From assembly GCA_963746845.1 (NCBI GenBank), contig CAVVCZ010000009.1:32001-96000 (forward strand): 64,000 nucleotides of DNA, given 5' to 3'. The notes under the pieces are model-generated. The model ran no database searches. It saw only the letters and a list, made by a program, of their open reading frames with translations, and was not told where the DNA came from. Position numbers and translations under genes: made by a program. This document shows, piece after piece, positions 58,584 to 64,000 of the stretch. Source of the stretch: an uncultured Chloroflexia bacterium. GTDB taxonomy: Bacteria > Chloroflexota > Limnocylindria > Limnocylindrales > CSP1-4. Positions within the stretch are counted from its first letter, which is position 1; the number at the start of each line of letters is the position of its first letter.

Positions 58584-59804
58584 TCAGACGACCCCGTCCG
58601 CGCGAAGGCCGGCGATCCCCGCCGCGTCGTAGCCCAGCCCGGCGAGGATCTCGTCCGCGTGCTCGCCGAGGAGCGGCGGCGGGGTCCGGACCGTGGCGGG
58701 CGTCGCGCCAAGCTCGAACGGCGGCAGGACCTGGGTCGTCACCCCGAGGACCGGATGCGTCAGCTCGGTGGTCCGCCCCGCGGCCCACGGCGACGCGAAC
58801 GCCTCGACGATGTCGTTGATCGGCCCCGCGGGGATCTCGGCGGCGGCGAGCGCGTCCAGCCATGCCGCGCTTCCCCGCTCGGCGAGGCGCGCGCCGAGCG
58901 TCGCGACGAGCTCCGCGCGGTTCGCGACTCGATCCCCGTTCGTTGCGAACCGCGGGTCGTCGGCCAGCGCGGGCAGTCCGAGCGCCCGGCAGAACCGCGG
59001 CCATTGCCGCTCGCTGCCGACGGCGATCGCGATCGTGCCGTCGGCGGTGTCGAAGGTCTCGTACGGGACGATGTTCGGATGAGCGTTGCCGAGCCGGCCC
59101 GGCGCGTCGCCGCCGACGAACGCGTTCTGGGCCTGGTTCACGAGGGCGGCGAGCGTGGACCCGAGCAGCGTCAGGTCGATCCGCTGACCGCCCGAGCGGT
59201 CCCGGGCCACGAGCGCCGCCAGGACCGCGACGGCGCCGTTCAGCCCGGTCAGGACGTCGCTCAGGGCGACGCCGATCTTCGTCGGACCGGCACCGGGCTC
59301 GCCGTCGGCTGGACCCGTGATCGACATCAGCCCGGACTCGGCCTGGATCACGAAGTCGTAGCCGGGGCGGCCGGGGTCCGGCGTCGCCGCGCCGTAGCCG
59401 GTGATCGCGAGATGGACGAGGCGCGGGTTCCGGCGGGCGAGGGCGGCCTCGTCGAACCCCATCCGGTCCAGACCGCCACTCCGGAAGTTCTCGACGAGGA
59501 CGTCGGCATCGACGAGTAGCCGGCCCAGCACCTCGCGTCCGGCGCCCTGCCGAAGATCCAGCCGGAGCGAGCGCTTGTTCCGGTTGACCGCGAGGTAGTA
59601 CGCCGCGGTCCGGGTCGCCGGGTCATCGCCCCCGACCCACGGCGGGCCCCAGCCGCGCGTGGCGTCGCCGTCGGGTGGCTCCACCTTCACCACGTCCGCG
59701 CCGAGGTCCGCGAGCAGCATCGTGGCGTACGGACCCGCGAGGACCGTCGAGCAGTCGACGACGCGGATGCCGTCGAGCGGGCCGGTCGGCGTGGCGCGGG
59801 ACAT
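58584..59804 (-). CDS. Family III CoA-transferase (CaiB/BaiF)
   Basis: PLDGIRVVD..VLAGP, LGADVVKVE, NRNKRS, GYDFVIQAESG and PPLLGEH. Confidence 0.93.
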   Translation of the reverse strand: MSRATPTGPLDGIRVVDCSTVLAGPYATMLLADLGADVVKVEPPDGDATRGWGPPWVGGDDPATRTAAYYLAVNRNKRSLRLDLRQGAGREVLGRLLVDADVLVENFRSGGLDRMGFDEAALARRNPRLVHLAITGYGAATPDPGRPGYDFVIQAESGLMSITGPADGEPGAGPTKIGVALSDVLTGLNGAVAVLAALVARDRSGGQRIDLTLLGSTLAALVNQAQNAFVGGDAPGRLGNAHPNIVPYETFDTADGTIAIAVGSERQWPRFCRALGLPALADDPRFATNGDRVANRAELVATLGARLAERGSAAWLDALAAAEIPAGPINDIVEAFASPWAAGRTTELTHPVLGVTTQVLPPFELGATPATVRTPPPLLGEHADEILAGLGYDAAGIAGLRADGVV

Positions 59805-59890
59805 GCGTCGATGGTAGGCAGCCCACGGGCAAGGGGTGAGCTCCTCGGGACGCCGAGGCACCCGACGCGGCGCGATGCGATGATCCGGTC

Positions 59891-60826
59891 ATGACCGACC
59901 AGCCCGAGCCCACGACTCCCGAACCACACCGCCTCACCCTGATGACGGTCCATGCCCACCCGGACGACGAGACGATCGGGACCGGCGGCGTGATGGCCAA
60001 GGCCGTCGCCGACGGCCATCGGGTGATCCTCGTCACGTGCACGCGCGGGGAGCAGGGCGAGATCGTCGTCAAGGAGATCGACACGCCCGAGAACCACCGA
60101 CGGCTCGGCGAGCTGCGCGCCGCGGAGCTCGAGGCGGCGATGGCCGAGCTCGGCGTCACCGAGTGGGAGAACCTCGGCTACCGCGACTCCGACATGATGG
60201 GCCGCGAGGGAAACAACGACCCGCGGACATTCTGGCAGGCCGACCTGGACGAGGCCTCCGGGCGCCTGACGTGGCTTGTCCGGCGGTATCAGCCGGACGT
60301 GATGACGACCTACAACAGCTTCGGCGGGTACGGCCATCCGGACCACATCCGGACCCACGACGTCGCGGTCCGGGCCTTCGACCGGGCGGGCGATCCGGCC
60401 TGGTATCCGAAACAACTCGAGGCTGGCGTCGGGGTGTGGGCACCGTCGAAGCTGTACGAGACGGCGATCCCGGCATCCGTCCGCGAGGCGATGGGCGAGG
60501 CGATGCGCGAGGCCGGCCGGCCGTCGTTCTGGGAGCCGCCGGACGACGCGACCGACGAGCAGCGGCGCGAGTTCGAGGAATTCGTGGCGAAGATGCTCGT
60601 CCCGGACGAGTCGATCACGACCTGGGTGGACGTCTCGGGCGACCCGATCGACCGCAAATGGCGAGCGATCCAGCGCCACGTGACCCAGATCGCGATGGAC
60701 AACGGGTTCATGACGCTCGGCGAGGACGGCTGGAAGCAGCACTGGGCCAAGGAAGCGTTCATCCTCCGCGAATCGCGGATCCCCTCGACGATCCCCGAGT
60801 CGGACCTCTTCGACGGCCTGGCCTGA
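59891..60826 (+). CDS. PIG-L family deacetylase (Mca/MshB-like)
   Basis: VHAHPDDE, TCTRGEQGE, YRDSDM and GGYGHPDHI. Confidence 0.92.
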   Translation: MTDQPEPTTPEPHRLTLMTVHAHPDDETIGTGGVMAKAVADGHRVILVTCTRGEQGEIVVKEIDTPENHRRLGELRAAELEAAMAELGVTEWENLGYRDSDMMGREGNNDPRTFWQADLDEASGRLTWLVRRYQPDVMTTYNSFGGYGHPDHIRTHDVAVRAFDRAGDPAWYPKQLEAGVGVWAPSKLYETAIPASVREAMGEAMREAGRPSFWEPPDDATDEQRREFEEFVAKMLVPDESITTWVDVSGDPIDRKWRAIQRHVTQIAMDNGFMTLGEDGWKQHWAKEAFILRESRIPSTIPESDLFDGLA

Positions 60827-60828
60827 GG

Positions 60829-60853
60829 TCGACGAGGAGCCGCACCTCGTCGA
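60829..60853. terminator. Hairpin between convergent genes
   Basis: Perfect 9-bp stem TCGACGAGG/CCTCGTCGA. No U-tract. Confidence 0.45.
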
Positions 60854-60880
60854 TCCGCCGGACGTCGTCCGTCGCCGCCG

Positions 60881-63646
<2,766 letters not shown>

Positions 63647-63681
63647 CGCGTCACGCCCTCCGGGACGTCGGTCGCCGGCCG

Positions 63682-64000
63682 TCACCATGGGAGCAGTCCT
63701 TTCGAGGCGTCGTAGATCTGGCCGAGGACGACCTTGCCATCGCCCGCGGGGTCGAGGAAGTTCGGCTGGGCCTTGTCGAGGATCACGTGCGGCCGCATCC
63801 GGGCCTGGACGAGCGTGGGGCCGTGGAACGTCAGCTCCAGGGTGATCCCCTCCATCGTCGGCTCCGACCAGGTCTGGTCGAACACGAAGTTCCCGAGCGC
63901 GTACCAGATCGGCCGGCCCTCGTAGACCTCCATCGCCCCCGCCCAGTGGGCGTGGTTGCCGATGACCATGTCGGCCCCGGCGTCGATCGCGATGTGGGCG
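63682..64000 (-). CDS. CapA family metallophosphatase, 3' part
   Basis: IDAGADMVIGNHAHW...IWYALGNFVFDQ. Truncated by the window edge. Confidence 0.88.
   Translation of the reverse strand, partial: AHIAIDAGADMVIGNHAHWAGAMEVYEGRPIWYALGNFVFDQTWSEPTMEGITLELTFHGPTLVQARMRPHVILDKAQPNFLDPAGDGKVVLGQIYDASKGLLPW

Overview
High-GC bacterial chromosomal window. Gene content and style suggest a Chloroflexota/Actinomycetota-like soil or sediment organism; this is inference only. About 60 coding regions are supported. No rRNA, tRNA, CRISPR array or transposase was recognised. 1-21 kb is a choline/glycine-betaine utilisation region: a split cobalamin methyltransferase set (ASKHA/RamA-like activator, pterin-binding methyltransferase, Virulence_fact-domain protein, DUF1638, corrinoid protein), an IclR regulator with a palindromic operator, betA, a dimethylglycine dehydrogenase-like protein, ETF and a betaine ABC transporter. 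It is interrupted by a USP / two-domain multicopper oxidase / DosS-like kinase block. That block is bracketed by two copies of an unannotated ~240-bp palindromic element built from four CAGATC-GWCR-N5-YGWC boxes. The rest includes an HTH-GAF3-GGDEF-GAF-GGDEF-EAL protein, a phycobiliprotein-like globin candidate, pabB/pabC-like genes and a LAL regulator. It also holds a rhodanese with a candidate Cys leader peptide and Rrf2-like operator, kamA, an MMPL-AttH/CrtC fusion and a ferric-reductase-like membrane cluster. Several frameshifts (~100, 18860-19360, ~55860) are probably assembly indels. All family assignments come from motif recognition by eye, not database searches.
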